This document shows, piece after piece, positions 33,295 to 42,683 of a DNA stretch of 64,000 bases (positions are counted from its first letter, which is position 1; every line of letters begins with the position of its first letter). Position numbers and translations under genes: made by a program. Origin of the DNA: Patescibacteria group bacterium (lineage in GTDB: Bacteria; Patescibacteriota; Minisyncoccia; Phycocordibacterales; Phycocordibacteraceae); the NCBI GenBank assembly GCA_019744845.1, contig JAIETW010000001.1, forward strand, positions 482,859-546,858, written 5' to 3'. The notes under the pieces were generated by a model, which had not been told where the DNA came from, searched no databases, and worked only from the letters and a program-made list of their open reading frames with translations.

Positions 33295-33584
33295 AACTCA
33301 AACTCCCATTTAAGGTACCAAGCTTGAAGTACGGCGATCGTATTCACGCCGTGCGTGACTGGCTCGCCCTTCTCTCCGCGCTCCTTATCTTCCTTGTGGC
33401 AAGCGTTGCATGGAATGCGTGGTTCTTTGTGAACGTCACTGACGAGAGTGCCTTCATCACTCCAGGGCAGAGTGCTCCTGCGCCAATCTTGAGTGCGCTT
33501 CCTGCTGCGCGTGAAGTGCTTGAAAACAGAGCAGGGGAAGCAGATCGTTACAGAATCTTCTATCAGTTCGTTGACCCGTCGTAG
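33291..33584 (+). CDS. Small single-TM protein of the pilMNO operon
   Basis: RDW plus TM, C-terminal VDPS; overlapping start/stop. Confidence 0.6.
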   Translation: MKLKLPFKVPSLKYGDRIHAVRDWLALLSALLIFLVASVAWNAWFFVNVTDESAFITPGQSAPAPILSALPAAREVLENRAGEADRYRIFYQFVDPS

Positions 33585-33605
33585 GAGGACGAGTACTGTT
33601 ACTAA

Positions 33606-33677
33606 GCCCCCATAGCTTAATGGATAAAGCTGCGGACTTCTAAGCCGTCGATCTAGGTTCGATTCCTGGTGGGGGCA
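33606..33677 (+). tRNA. tRNA-Arg(TCT)
   Basis: Cloverleaf; anticodon loop CTTCTAA. Confidence 0.92.
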
Positions 33678-33686
33678 CAGCTGGCG

Positions 33687-34232
33687 TTATGCTCGGTGCC
33701 ACAGTGCGAGCTCTTCTGCAGTAAGGACGGTCTCCGTAATGAGGAGCTCTTCCATAATTGGTGCGACTGCAATCATCGCATCAACGAGTCCAAGTCGCGT
33801 GCGCTCACTTCCGCTTACCTCAAAACGTACTGGCCATGTAGTTACAATTTCTGTAATGATTTGACGATCTCCAGCGGTAAGACGAGTGCCGTGCTCGTAT
33901 GTCATTAAAATATCAAGGAGATGTTCTGACATCACAAATGGATTAATCTCTGCATGTGCTTCTTTGAGCTGGTGGAGTATTGGTGTGATGCTTTCGCGCC
34001 GTGCCCATGCATCAAGAATACGAGTGCGCACACCCAGGTACTCTCCGTATGGTCGTCCATCTGCGTCTTCTCCCTCTGCCCAGTGCACAAGACGCTCTAT
34101 GTCATGCGCGGTAAGTTCTTCGGTCGGCGGCCATGGCTGCTCGGTGGATCCGGCAAGCGTACTCGCCGCCGCGGCAGCAGCGAGTGCTTCGTTCACATTT
34201 CTGCGAGTGTACCTCTTTTCATCTTCCGGCAT
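33687..34232 (-). CDS. Hypothetical protein with twin-arginine-like N-terminus
   Basis: Start reassigned to MPEDEK because the longer ORF overlaps tRNA-Val; YTRRNV-EALAAAAAA. Confidence 0.6.
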   Translation of the reverse strand: MPEDEKRYTRRNVNEALAAAAAASTLAGSTEQPWPPTEELTAHDIERLVHWAEGEDADGRPYGEYLGVRTRILDAWARRESITPILHQLKEAHAEINPFVMSEHLLDILMTYEHGTRLTAGDRQIITEIVTTWPVRFEVSGSERTRLGLVDAMIAVAPIMEELLITETVLTAEELALWHRA

Positions 34233-34246
34233 AGATGAGTTTTCGG

Positions 34247-34322
34247 TGGTGGGCGCTAGAGGACTCGAACCTCTGACCATCCCGGTGTAAACGGGGTGCT
34301 CTACCAACTGAGCTAAGCGCCC
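34247..34322 (-). tRNA. tRNA-Val(TAC)
   Basis: Cloverleaf; anticodon loop TTTACAC; CCA encoded. Confidence 0.95.
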
Positions 34323-34378
34323 GGTCCTGAGACGATAGCGCACCTCTCGCAGATTTCAAAGCGTGGTAGGTTCTATAT

Positions 34379-34648
34379 ATGGAACGCATGGAGGCTTTGG
34401 TCTCGGGCAGGGTACAGGGCGTGATGTATAGAGACTTCGTGGAGCGGAACGCTTCCGCACTCTCTTTGTGTGGATTTGTGAAGAATCTGCCTGACGGGAC
34501 GGTGTCTGTCTATGCAGAAGGGTCGCGCAAACACCTTGAAACATTACTAGAGCGTCTCAAGAAAGGACCGATGTTTGCCAAGGTAGACGAGGTGACGGTT
34601 TCTTGGGCCGAAGCGACAAATGAACATAAATCTTTTAGTATCAAATAA
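34379..34648 (+). CDS. acyP: Acylphosphatase
   Basis: VSGRVQGVMYR, GFVKNLPDGTV. Confidence 0.93.
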   Translation: MERMEALVSGRVQGVMYRDFVERNASALSLCGFVKNLPDGTVSVYAEGSRKHLETLLERLKKGPMFAKVDEVTVSWAEATNEHKSFSIK

Positions 34649-34651
34649 GTC

Positions 34652-35392
34652 ATGAATCTCCCTATCATTTACGAAGACGAGCAGCTCGTCGCGGTCAACA
34701 AGCCTGCGGGCGTAATGACGCACCCTGACGGAAAGACCTCCGAAGAGACCGTGAGCGACTGGTTTGCAGCTAGGTATCCGGAAAGTAAGGATGTGGGTGA
34801 AGTACAGAAACTTCCTGACGGCACTGAGCTCACGCGCCCTGGTGTCGTGCATCGTCTTGATCGCGATACCTCAGGAGTAATTGTGCTTGCGAAGACACAG
34901 GAGGCACACGCATTCTTGAAGAGTGCATTTCAAAACAGGGAAGCGAAGAAAACCTATGTGGCCTTTGTATACGGTATCCCCAAGGAACGGCGCGGAGTGA
35001 TTGAGTTTGCGATTGGACGTTCTCGCAAAGACTTCCGACTCCGCTCCGCACAACCGAAGGCGAAGGGTCTGCTTCGCGAGGCCGTCACTCGCTACGAGGT
35101 TATCGCAGACAACGGCACACACTCCATTATGAAAGCGATGCCCGAGACAGGGCGCACGCACCAGATTCGTGTGCACCTGAAGGCCATCCACCACCCAGTG
35201 GTAGGGGACACACTGTATGCACCAGGACGCCCGGAGGACCTTGGATTTAACCGTCTTGGTCTCCATGCGTATCGTCTGGAACTCCCGAGCCCTACTGGAG
35301 AACCGCGTATTCTCACAGCACCACTCCCTGAGGAGCTTATGAAAGGAGTAGAGAAATTCCCTGAGGGGGCGGCTCGGATTGCCTCTATATAG
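34652..35392 (+). CDS. RluA/RluD family RNA pseudouridine synthase
   Basis: VNKPAG, HRLDRDTSG, TGRTHQIRVH. Confidence 0.93.
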   Translation: MNLPIIYEDEQLVAVNKPAGVMTHPDGKTSEETVSDWFAARYPESKDVGEVQKLPDGTELTRPGVVHRLDRDTSGVIVLAKTQEAHAFLKSAFQNREAKKTYVAFVYGIPKERRGVIEFAIGRSRKDFRLRSAQPKAKGLLREAVTRYEVIADNGTHSIMKAMPETGRTHQIRVHLKAIHHPVVGDTLYAPGRPEDLGFNRLGLHAYRLELPSPTGEPRILTAPLPEELMKGVEKFPEGAARIASI

Positions 35393-35416
35393 GCGGTGTG
35401 ATAGAGTACGCCGACT

Positions 35417-35935
35417 ATGAATCAGGTCATCACTCCGGTTAAGACCGAGGAACGCACCAAGCTTGGCATCCGCCCAGGCGATACGGTCCGTGTCCACCAG
35501 AAGATTGTAGAAAAGGGGAAGACTCGTCTCCAGGTATTTGAAGGTCTCGTCCTTGCGGTCAAGCACGGTACTGAGGCAGGAGCCTCTTTCACCGTTCGTG
35601 CCACCCTTTCTGGTATCGGCGTTGAGCGCGTGTTCCCACTCTACGCTCCTTTTATTGAGAAGATTGAGATCGTAAAGCGCTCTAAGGTTCGCCGCGCAAA
35701 GCTTTACTTCATCCGTGACAAGGTTGCTCGTGAAGTACGCCGCCAGCTCCGCAATATGCGCATGATGAACGTCTCTACGACTGACTTTAAAGAGGAAGAG
35801 AAGGAGGTGGTGTCCGTACTCCCAGAAGAGAACCAGGAGGAGAAGATGGAGACAGCTCCAGAAGTTGCAGAGGCAGGGGGAGATACTTCAACCGAAGCAG
35901 CACCGGAAGCAGCAGAAGAGAAAGCAGCGGTGTAA
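35417..35935 (+). CDS. rplS: 50S ribosomal protein L19 with acidic tail
   Basis: PGDTVRV, RLQVFEG, GVERVFP, KVRRAKLYF. Confidence 0.97.
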   Translation: MNQVITPVKTEERTKLGIRPGDTVRVHQKIVEKGKTRLQVFEGLVLAVKHGTEAGASFTVRATLSGIGVERVFPLYAPFIEKIEIVKRSKVRRAKLYFIRDKVAREVRRQLRNMRMMNVSTTDFKEEEKEVVSVLPEENQEEKMETAPEVAEAGGDTSTEAAPEAAEEKAAV

Positions 35936-35937
35936 CG

Positions 35938-35964
35938 AAAAGACCAGGACACCCTGGTCTTTTT
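35938..35964 (+). terminator. Intrinsic terminator after rplS
   Basis: AAAAGACCAGG-acac-CCTGGTCTTTTT. Confidence 0.85.
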
Positions 35965-35995
35965 CATATGTTGTCGGTATAGTACGCGGGCACCT

Positions 35996-36077
35996 GCCCA
36001 GGTGGCGGAATTGGTATACGCGCTACCTTGAGGTGGTAGTGCCGCAAGGCTTGGAGGTTCGAGTCCTCTCCTGGGCA
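35996..36077 (+). tRNA. tRNA-Leu(GAG)
   Basis: Variable arm; anticodon loop TTGAGGT. Confidence 0.95.
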
Positions 36078-36084
36078 CAGACGA

Positions 36085-36118
36085 AACACCGTGGTTATGC
36101 ACCACGGTGTTGTTGTTT
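36085..36118 (+). terminator. Hairpin/terminator after tRNA-Leu
   Basis: AACACCGTGG-N7-CCACGGTGTT followed by T-rich tract. Confidence 0.55.
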
Positions 36119-36147
36119 CCTCTCTCAATCGTTGCCATGATGAAAAT

Positions 36148-36387
36148 ATGAGACAGCACTTACTGAATTCCTTAATGGTTTCAATTGAGTGGCGTGTGAT
36201 TGCGTTCCTGATCACCAATGTCTTCCTCTGGTTTGTGACAGGACATTTCGGGCAGGCAACTGCGCTCGCGCTCGGACTTCACCTCATTCTTTTCTTTGCA
36301 CATTTCGTATGGCACTTCGTCCGACGGGAGTACCCTCGGATGGAGCTTGAGGCAGCGGCTTCCAGAGCGTCGGAACGCGTGGTATAA
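36148..36387 (+). CDS. DUF2061-like small membrane protein
   Basis: SIEWRVIAFLIT...HFVW pattern; start 36148. Confidence 0.6.
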   Translation: MRQHLLNSLMVSIEWRVIAFLITNVFLWFVTGHFGQATALALGLHLILFFAHFVWHFVRREYPRMELEAAASRASERVV

Positions 36388-36398
36388 GTGCGAGACAT

Positions 36399-36474
36399 GG
36401 CGACCGTGGTGTAACGGTTAACACTGCAGGTTGTGGTCCTGCCAATTCGGGTTCGATTCCCGGCGGTCGCCCCA
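36399..36474 (+). tRNA. tRNA-His(GTG)
   Basis: Encoded G-1:C73; anticodon loop TTGTGGT; CCA. Confidence 0.95.
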
Positions 36475-36491
36475 AGGTATAATCCAGCTAT

Positions 36492-36860
36492 ATGGACTTC
36501 ATCAAAGAATTTAAGACCTTCGCGCTTCGTGGGAACGCACTGGATCTCGCGGTGGGAGTTGTGATTGGCGCGGCATTTAACAGTATCGTTACTTCGCTTG
36601 TCACCAATATTCTGACTCCACCTCTTGGACTCGTCATAGGAGGCGTAGATTTCAGTGATCTTCAGGTGGTCATTGGAGGGGAAGCTGCTATTCAGTACGG
36701 CCTTTTCATTGAAGCGATCATAAGCTTCGTCATCACCGCCTTTGCACTCTTCCTCCTTATTAAGGCGATGAACAAGTTCGTGAAGAAGCCTGACGTGCCG
36801 GTGACGAAGCCTGCAGACGTGGTGGTGCTAGAAGAAATTCGTGATCTCCTGAAGAAATAG
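36492..36860 (+). CDS. mscL: Large-conductance mechanosensitive channel
   Basis: EFKTFALRGNALDLAVGVVIG, LEEIRDLL. Confidence 0.97.
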   Translation: MDFIKEFKTFALRGNALDLAVGVVIGAAFNSIVTSLVTNILTPPLGLVIGGVDFSDLQVVIGGEAAIQYGLFIEAIISFVITAFALFLLIKAMNKFVKKPDVPVTKPADVVVLEEIRDLLKK

Positions 36861-36883
36861 GAGAAGTGCTAGACTAGGGGCAT

Positions 36884-37522
36884 ATGAAACAGCTTCTTCT
36901 CGGGGTAGTGCTTTTGGTGCTTATCGGTATTGCGGGATTCTTTTATAGGAATGCGATAGAGGGACCAGGTCCGATTGTCGCCTGTCCGCTCGATGCAAAA
37001 CTCTGCCCTGACGGTTCTTCAGTCGGTCGTGTGCTTCCGACTTGTGAGTTTGCCGCCTGCCTAGCCGCAGAAGGGAAGGTCTCCTACTCCATGCCTGCGG
37101 GCTACACTGCGGATGAGAATGCGTACGGCGCTGACACTTCTCTCCTTGATGCATTCGTAAAGTCATCACTCTCAGAAAATCCAAAGCACACCATTACGGT
37201 GCGTGAGTACATGATTCCTGAGGGGCAAACGGCAAACGATGTGATCATCGCGAATACAACCTTCTATCCTTCAGATATGCCGGCTGAATCCATGGATCAG
37301 TTTGAGCCGGTCACTGTAAACGGAAAGACGTATCAGTCAGTGGTGATTGAGCGCTTTGAAGCAATTGTGCACAGCGCATACTTCCTCCCACTTGAAGGCA
37401 AGGTGTTGAAGTTTGAGATTGTGGAGCACGACGTCATGGATTGGATGGAGCCTACACTCGCGGTGAAGAAGCTCCCTGAGCATGCCGCATTCATTCAGAT
37501 GCTCGGCACAGTGTCGTACTAA
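36884..37522 (+). CDS. Membrane-anchored surface protein with CPR-type Cys motif
   Basis: TM followed by ACPLDAKLCPDGSSVGR..PTCEFAAC. Confidence 0.7.
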   Translation: MKQLLLGVVLLVLIGIAGFFYRNAIEGPGPIVACPLDAKLCPDGSSVGRVLPTCEFAACLAAEGKVSYSMPAGYTADENAYGADTSLLDAFVKSSLSENPKHTITVREYMIPEGQTANDVIIANTTFYPSDMPAESMDQFEPVTVNGKTYQSVVIERFEAIVHSAYFLPLEGKVLKFEIVEHDVMDWMEPTLAVKKLPEHAAFIQMLGTVSY

Positions 37523-37525
37523 TCT

Positions 37526-38098
37526 ATGGCTGAACGTTCCGCACAGGAGAGAGATTCACGCTTCGGTGCTCCAGAGAAGAGAGAAGTTGATGGGCATTCC
37601 ATCACCATTCGGTACCCGAACCCAGAGGCGGTGGCCGCACTTGAGGGGCGCATTGCGGATACGGAATTTACGGATGAAATGTTGCGTCCTCAAATCGCAA
37701 CTCTCATCGCGATGCTGAAACTTCCGATCATTACAGATGATTTTGGAAATCAGCATGAGGCCCGACGAGCCTGGCGCACAGGTCTTCTTGAAAAAGGACT
37801 TACGGAAGAGCATGCGCTCCTTGAGCAAGGATTATTGCGCGGGAATAACATTGGCGCGCTTTCCGTGTTTGATGCACTCAAAGCAATGCAACAACACCTT
37901 GGAAGATTTGCAGTGGTAAACGGACAGAACCCGGAGCACTTTTCAGAAATCGTAAACGCAGGACTTCACATGCTGAGCAAGGTACAGAACGAGTACGAGC
38001 AGATGGATACAGCTCAGCGTCTCGTCTTTGTAGAGCGCTCGATTGAGCTCGTGGAGAAAGCCGTATGGGGACTCGTGAAGTTGTTTGAGAAGGCCTAG
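37526..38098 (+). CDS. Hypothetical helical protein
   Basis: 190-aa ORF filling the gap; no recognisable motif. Confidence 0.6.
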   Translation: MAERSAQERDSRFGAPEKREVDGHSITIRYPNPEAVAALEGRIADTEFTDEMLRPQIATLIAMLKLPIITDDFGNQHEARRAWRTGLLEKGLTEEHALLEQGLLRGNNIGALSVFDALKAMQQHLGRFAVVNGQNPEHFSEIVNAGLHMLSKVQNEYEQMDTAQRLVFVERSIELVEKAVWGLVKLFEKA

Positions 38099-38940
38099 TC
38101 TACGTGACCCACTTCCTCCTCTAGGTGCATCTCCTCTTCAAGGTGAGTGCTTTCACCTTCATGTGCCTCGTCTCCGTGCCCGTGACTTTCGGTGCCCATG
38201 AGCAGTACCATCGCGAGAAGTCCAAGAAGAATCACCCCGAACTGAAGGAGTGAGCGGCGCTTTCCTGTGGTTTTGTGAAGCTCAGGAATAAGATCTGCCG
38301 CAGCGATGTAAATGAACATACCTGCAGTGAATGAGGTGATGAGAGGCACGGCAATCTCACCAAAGGTAGAAAGCCAGAAGGCGAGCCCGACTCCCACGAA
38401 TGCAGTAAGTGCAGATAAGAAGTTCATCAAAAGCGCTTTGCCGCGAGAGAAGCCTGCGTGTATCAGAAGACCAAACTCACCAATCTCCTGAGGGATCTCG
38501 TGAAGTGCGATCGCAATGGTTGTTGCGATACCTACTTCAGGAGAGATAAGGAATGCGGCACCAATCGCAATACCGTCTACAAGGTTATGAATACCATCAG
38601 AAACAATCACCATGTGCCCGACCGGGTGGATGGTGGCGTGGTCAGGGGAATACTCTTCGTCGCCGTGACTGTGGTGCCAGTTAAGGAATTTCTCTAGGAC
38701 AAAGAAGGTGAAGAATCCGGTAAGAATGAGAAGAGATACGGTAAGTGCGGAGGCTTGCTCAAATGCTTCCGGTATAAGGTGGATGAATGCATCACCAAGC
38801 AGTGCTCCCGCCGCAAGTGAAATAAGAAGAAACAGAATCTTTTTCAGGAATTCCTGACGGAGTGAGAGTGTCGCGATACCGACAAGAGAAATAAGACTCA
38901 CGACGCCAACGGCGAACAGGCTTTGTATAAGAGGGGTCAT
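38095..38940 (-). CDS. ZIP family zinc transporter
   Basis: HLIPE, DGIHNLVDG, HEIPQE, His-rich loop and tail; start reassigned to 38940. Confidence 0.93.
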   Translation of the reverse strand: MTPLIQSLFAVGVVSLISLVGIATLSLRQEFLKKILFLLISLAAGALLGDAFIHLIPEAFEQASALTVSLLILTGFFTFFVLEKFLNWHHSHGDEEYSPDHATIHPVGHMVIVSDGIHNLVDGIAIGAAFLISPEVGIATTIAIALHEIPQEIGEFGLLIHAGFSRGKALLMNFLSALTAFVGVGLAFWLSTFGEIAVPLITSFTAGMFIYIAAADLIPELHKTTGKRRSLLQFGVILLGLLAMVLLMGTESHGHGDEAHEGESTHLEEEMHLEEEVGHVD

Positions 38941-38946
38941 GACGGT

Positions 38947-38985
38947 ACCGTAGCATGGGGAAAGTCTAGTTGCAAATAATTTGCA
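38947..38985 (-). promoter_or_regulatory. ZIP promoter overlapped by a putative Zur/Fur box
   Basis: TTGCAA-17-TACGGT-6-ATG on minus strand; 7-1-7 palindrome TGCAAAT-A-ATTTGCA at 38971-38985. Confidence 0.65.
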
Positions 38986-39021
38986 TGTGTAAAACTCAGG
39001 GGAACCAGGTATGATGGAGGA

Positions 39022-39441
39022 ATGAGTAAAAAAGGAATTGATGCGGCAGCTCTCCTGAGAGATGCGGGTGTGCGTGCCACGCCGCAGCGCATTCGTATCG
39101 TGGAGATACTCCATGCGCGGCATCGCCCCCTTTCTATAGAGGCGCTCGTGTCCGCGGGGAAGGGAGTGTTTGATATGACAACCGCATACCGTGCGGTAGA
39201 AACGCTCTGGAAGAGCGGGGTGGTGCGACGTATTGATCTCAAGCAGCAGCACGCACTCTATGAACTTGCAGAAGATCACCATCATCATGCGGTGTGCACT
39301 TCCTGCGGTGCCATCCAGGATGTGAGCATGTGTATTAGCCCTTCGCTTGATGAAAAGGTGCGACGTGCGGTCGGGTTTAGTCGCGTAGACTCACATGCGC
39401 TAGAATTCTTTGGTATCTGTAACGCCTGCGCCAAGAAATGA
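39022..39441 (+). CDS. Fur family regulator (probably Zur)
   Basis: RATPQR, TTAYR, HHHHAVCTSCG, CNAC; divergent from the ZIP gene. Confidence 0.9.
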   Translation: MSKKGIDAAALLRDAGVRATPQRIRIVEILHARHRPLSIEALVSAGKGVFDMTTAYRAVETLWKSGVVRRIDLKQQHALYELAEDHHHHAVCTSCGAIQDVSMCISPSLDEKVRRAVGFSRVDSHALEFFGICNACAKK

Positions 39442-40535
39442 AATCATTCCTTTTCTCTCTTCTCGTGCTTGCAACGTGCATCCCAACATCCGTACTTGCG
39501 GCAGAGCCTTCTTTTGCAGATAGCGTCATGCGTGCGAGAGTGCTGTCTGTTGAATCTGCAGGAGAGCGTGCGGTTGCGGGGACGGATCTTTCCGAAGCGT
39601 TCCAGCGTTTGTCGGTAGAAGTCATAGAAGGAGCGCAGAAGGGAGAGATTCTAGAAGTAGAAAACAATGCGCCAACGGCGCTGTCCGTCGGGGATGTCTT
39701 CTATCTCCACAAAGTATCAGACGAATTTGGTACGCAGTATGCGGTAGGGGAGCCTGATCGTCGCTGGGTTCTTTTCGGTCTTGCTGGACTGTTTGTACTC
39801 GTCACCGTGGTGGCCGCAGGAAAAGCAGGAGCACTCTCACTTCTTTCTCTTGTCCTCAGCTTCCTCATTATTATTTATGGTCTTGTGCCTGCGCTCTCGT
39901 CAGGAGGAGATCCAGTTTTGATCTCTGTGTTCTTTGCAATTGTGATGCTCGCAGTCGCCATGATCATGACGCACGGCTTGAATCGTGCAATGTGGGTTGC
40001 GCTCGCCGGCAGCATTGTAGCGCTCGTATTTGCGGCAGTGGTTGCGCACATTGCCGTTGCGCTTGCGAATCTTTCTGGGTTTGCGAGCGATGAGACGGTG
40101 TTCCTAAACTTCGCAACGGATGGCGCTATTAATCTCCCCGCACTTCTCTTGGGAGGCATCCTCGTCGGTATCGTCGGTATTTTGAACGACGTATCGGTAT
40201 CTCAGGTACATACGGTCATCGAGATCTCTGATGCGAACCCTGCACTCACCAAGAAAGAGGTGCTTACACGTGCCATGCGGGTGGGGCAGGAGCACATGGG
40301 GGCAGTCGTGAATACGCTTCCGCTTGCCTATGCTGGTGCCTCACTCCCACTCCTCCTCCTATTCTTTGGGTCTGATGCCTCTCCTTTGTTTATTCTGAAC
40401 CGAGAGATATTTGCCGTAGAGCTTATCCGTACCTTTGCTGGGGGCATAGGGCTTATGTGTTCCGGGGTCATCGCGACCCTCCTTGCGGTAATGTTTACGG
40501 GCCCGGCACGTCATCGTGATAGAATCGCTATATAA
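39438..40535 (+). CDS. YibE/F family membrane protein
   Basis: GILNDVSVSQ, VNTLPLAYAG motifs. Confidence 0.88.
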   Translation: MKSFLFSLLVLATCIPTSVLAAEPSFADSVMRARVLSVESAGERAVAGTDLSEAFQRLSVEVIEGAQKGEILEVENNAPTALSVGDVFYLHKVSDEFGTQYAVGEPDRRWVLFGLAGLFVLVTVVAAGKAGALSLLSLVLSFLIIIYGLVPALSSGGDPVLISVFFAIVMLAVAMIMTHGLNRAMWVALAGSIVALVFAAVVAHIAVALANLSGFASDETVFLNFATDGAINLPALLLGGILVGIVGILNDVSVSQVHTVIEISDANPALTKKEVLTRAMRVGQEHMGAVVNTLPLAYAGASLPLLLLFFGSDASPLFILNREIFAVELIRTFAGGIGLMCSGVIATLLAVMFTGPARHRDRIAI

Positions 40536-40553
40536 CAGTTACTTATTAAATCC

Positions 40554-41363
40554 ATGGACGAGAAATTCTCATTTGACCAGCTCGCAAGCTCCAAGGCCTT
40601 TCGCATGACCGCGGTTGCCGTCCTCGGCCTTCTTGCACTATTCCTTCTAGTAAAGACGGTAGACCTCATTGCATACGGCATTGGCCGCAGTGATGTGTAC
40701 CCTGCAAAGACCATCTCTGTTGAAGGAACAGGGGAAGCAAGCATGATTCCTGACATTGCACAGATCACGTACTCCGTCACCGAACAAGGTGCAACGGTAT
40801 CTGAGGCACAGGACAAGGCAACCACCAAGATGGATGCTGCCCTTGCTGCTGTTGAAGCACTCGGTGTTGAGGAGAAGGACGTAAAGACCGTTGGCTACAA
40901 CGTCTATCCACGTTACGAGTACCAGCAGCCTTGTTACTCTGGCATCTGCCCACCAGTGACCTCAAGCCCACGTATCATTGGCTACGAAGTATCACAGTCA
41001 ATTGAAGTAAAGGTTCGCGACACTGGAAAGGCAGGAGAAGTACTTCAGGCACTCGGCACTGCGGGTGTCCAGAACATCTCTGGTCCTAACTTCGTCGTAG
41101 ACGATGCAGATGGTGTACGCGCAGAAGCACGCGAACTCGCTATCAAGGAAGCAAAGGAGAAGGCAAAGCAGCTTTCTAAGGACCTTGGCGTATCCCTTGG
41201 AAACGTCGTCTCATTCTCTGAGAGCTCTGGCTACTACCCAATGTACGACTCGTACTATGGAAAGGGCGCAGGCATGGAGGCTGAACAGTCTATGGCTCCA
41301 TCTCTCCCAGTCGGTGAAGAGGAGACCACGATCACGGTCTACATCACCTACGAGATTCGCTAA
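40554..41363 (+). CDS. SIMPL domain (DUF541) protein
   Basis: ISVEGTGE...PDIA, AKEKAKQL, LPVGEEE. Confidence 0.9.
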   Translation: MDEKFSFDQLASSKAFRMTAVAVLGLLALFLLVKTVDLIAYGIGRSDVYPAKTISVEGTGEASMIPDIAQITYSVTEQGATVSEAQDKATTKMDAALAAVEALGVEEKDVKTVGYNVYPRYEYQQPCYSGICPPVTSSPRIIGYEVSQSIEVKVRDTGKAGEVLQALGTAGVQNISGPNFVVDDADGVRAEARELAIKEAKEKAKQLSKDLGVSLGNVVSFSESSGYYPMYDSYYGKGAGMEAEQSMAPSLPVGEEETTITVYITYEIR

Positions 41364-41378
41364 GCGATATTCTCTCCT

Positions 41379-41404
41379 AAAACCGCCCTACTGGGCGGTT
41401 TTTT
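41379..41404 (+). terminator. Intrinsic terminator
   Basis: AAAACCGCCC-tact-GGGCGGTTTTTT. Confidence 0.85.
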
Positions 41405-41409
41405 GTATC

Positions 41410-41438
41410 TTGACGACCCATCGGGCAAATAGTATGAT
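41410..41438 (+). promoter_or_regulatory. Sigma70-type promoter of secE-nusG-rplK
   Basis: TTGACG-17 nt-TATGAT. Confidence 0.75.
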
Positions 41439-41480
41439 TGCCCACGTACCAAAGGCCCGCAGGGCTTTTTTATTTGGACT

Positions 41481-41663
41481 ATGAAATCATTCTTCACCTA
41501 TCTCAAGAATGTGCGCGCAGAATTGGAGCACGTCGTGTGGCCGAAGCCTCGCACGGCAGTGGGGCACACCATTCTTATTCTTGTTATTTCCGCCGTCACT
41601 GCGGCGTTCCTTGCGTTGCTTGACTATCTCTTCACGAGCGGCGTCGGCACCCTTATCCGCTAA
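41481..41663 (+). CDS. secE: Preprotein translocase subunit SecE
   Basis: ELEHVVWP plus TM; upstream of nusG. Confidence 0.93.
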   Translation: MKSFFTYLKNVRAELEHVVWPKPRTAVGHTILILVISAVTAAFLALLDYLFTSGVGTLIR

Positions 41664-41674
41664 TCGTCTGTCCT

Positions 41675-42244
41675 ATGGATACTCGCACCTCTCCACAATT
41701 CTCCGAAGACGCGATTAACCTTGAGCCACGTTGGTACACCATCCATACCTACGCGGGCTACGAGAATGCCGTTGAGCGTAATTTGAAGCAGCGCATTGAG
41801 TCTCTTGGCATGGAAGGGAAGATTTTTGAAGTCGTCGTTCCTACCGAGAAGAAGATTCGCGTAAAAGGCGGTAAGCGTATCGTAGAAGAAGAGAAAATCT
41901 ACCCTGGCTACATCCTCGTGAAGATGATCGTAGACGAGGATTCTTGGTTTGTGGTTCGTAACACTCCTCGCGTGACCGGCTTCGTCGGTTCTGGCACCAC
42001 CCCGGTTCCTATGGAGGAATCAGAAGTCGCCACTCTTATGAAGCGCATGGATGCAGAAGCACCCAAGCACCGTATTGATCTTGCCAAGGATGATCCAGTT
42101 ATCATCGCTGACGGTCCCTTCAAGGATCTTGAAGGAAAGGTGGGCGAAGTGGATGAGGAACGTGGCAAGGTCAAAGTCATGGTTGCCATGTTCGGTCGCG
42201 AGACCCCTGTGGAACTAGACTTCTTGCAGGTTCGTAAGCTCTAG
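41675..42244 (+). CDS. nusG: Transcription termination/antitermination factor NusG
   Basis: WYTIHTYAGYE, YPGYILV, DGPF, FGRETPVEL. Confidence 0.97.
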   Translation: MDTRTSPQFSEDAINLEPRWYTIHTYAGYENAVERNLKQRIESLGMEGKIFEVVVPTEKKIRVKGGKRIVEEEKIYPGYILVKMIVDEDSWFVVRNTPRVTGFVGSGTTPVPMEESEVATLMKRMDAEAPKHRIDLAKDDPVIIADGPFKDLEGKVGEVDEERGKVKVMVAMFGRETPVELDFLQVRKL

Positions 42245-42261
42245 CGTAAAGTCACATAACT

Positions 42262-42681
42262 ATGCCAAAAGTAGTAAAGAAAATTAAGCTCCAGATTCCC
42301 GCAGGAAAGGCCACCCCGGCCCCTCCAGTCGGTACCGTACTTGGTCCCGCAGGTGTGAACATTGGAGATTTCGTTAACAAATTTAACGAGGCCACCAAGG
42401 ACAAGATGGGGGACATCATCCCAGTAGACCTTTCCGTCTACGAGGACCGTACCTTCAGCTTCGTTCTTAAGACCCCTCCTGCATCTCGCCTTATTTTGAA
42501 GATCCTTGGAATTGAGAAGGGATCCCAGAAGCCAGGAGGCAAGAAAGCTGCAACGCTTACGAAGGCCCAGGTTCGTCAGATTTCTGAACAGAAGATGCCT
42601 GACCTAAACGCCGCCTCTCCTGAAGCCGCCGACCGAATCATTGAAGGAACGGCCCGCTCAATGGGAATAGACGTAAAGTAA
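42262..42681 (+). CDS. rplK: 50S ribosomal protein L11
   Basis: [24 protein letters not shown]. Confidence 0.97.
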   Translation: MPKVVKKIKLQIPAGKATPAPPVGTVLGPAGVNIGDFVNKFNEATKDKMGDIIPVDLSVYEDRTFSFVLKTPPASRLILKILGIEKGSQKPGGKKAATLTKAQVRQISEQKMPDLNAASPEAADRIIEGTARSMGIDVK

Positions 42682-42683
42682 GC

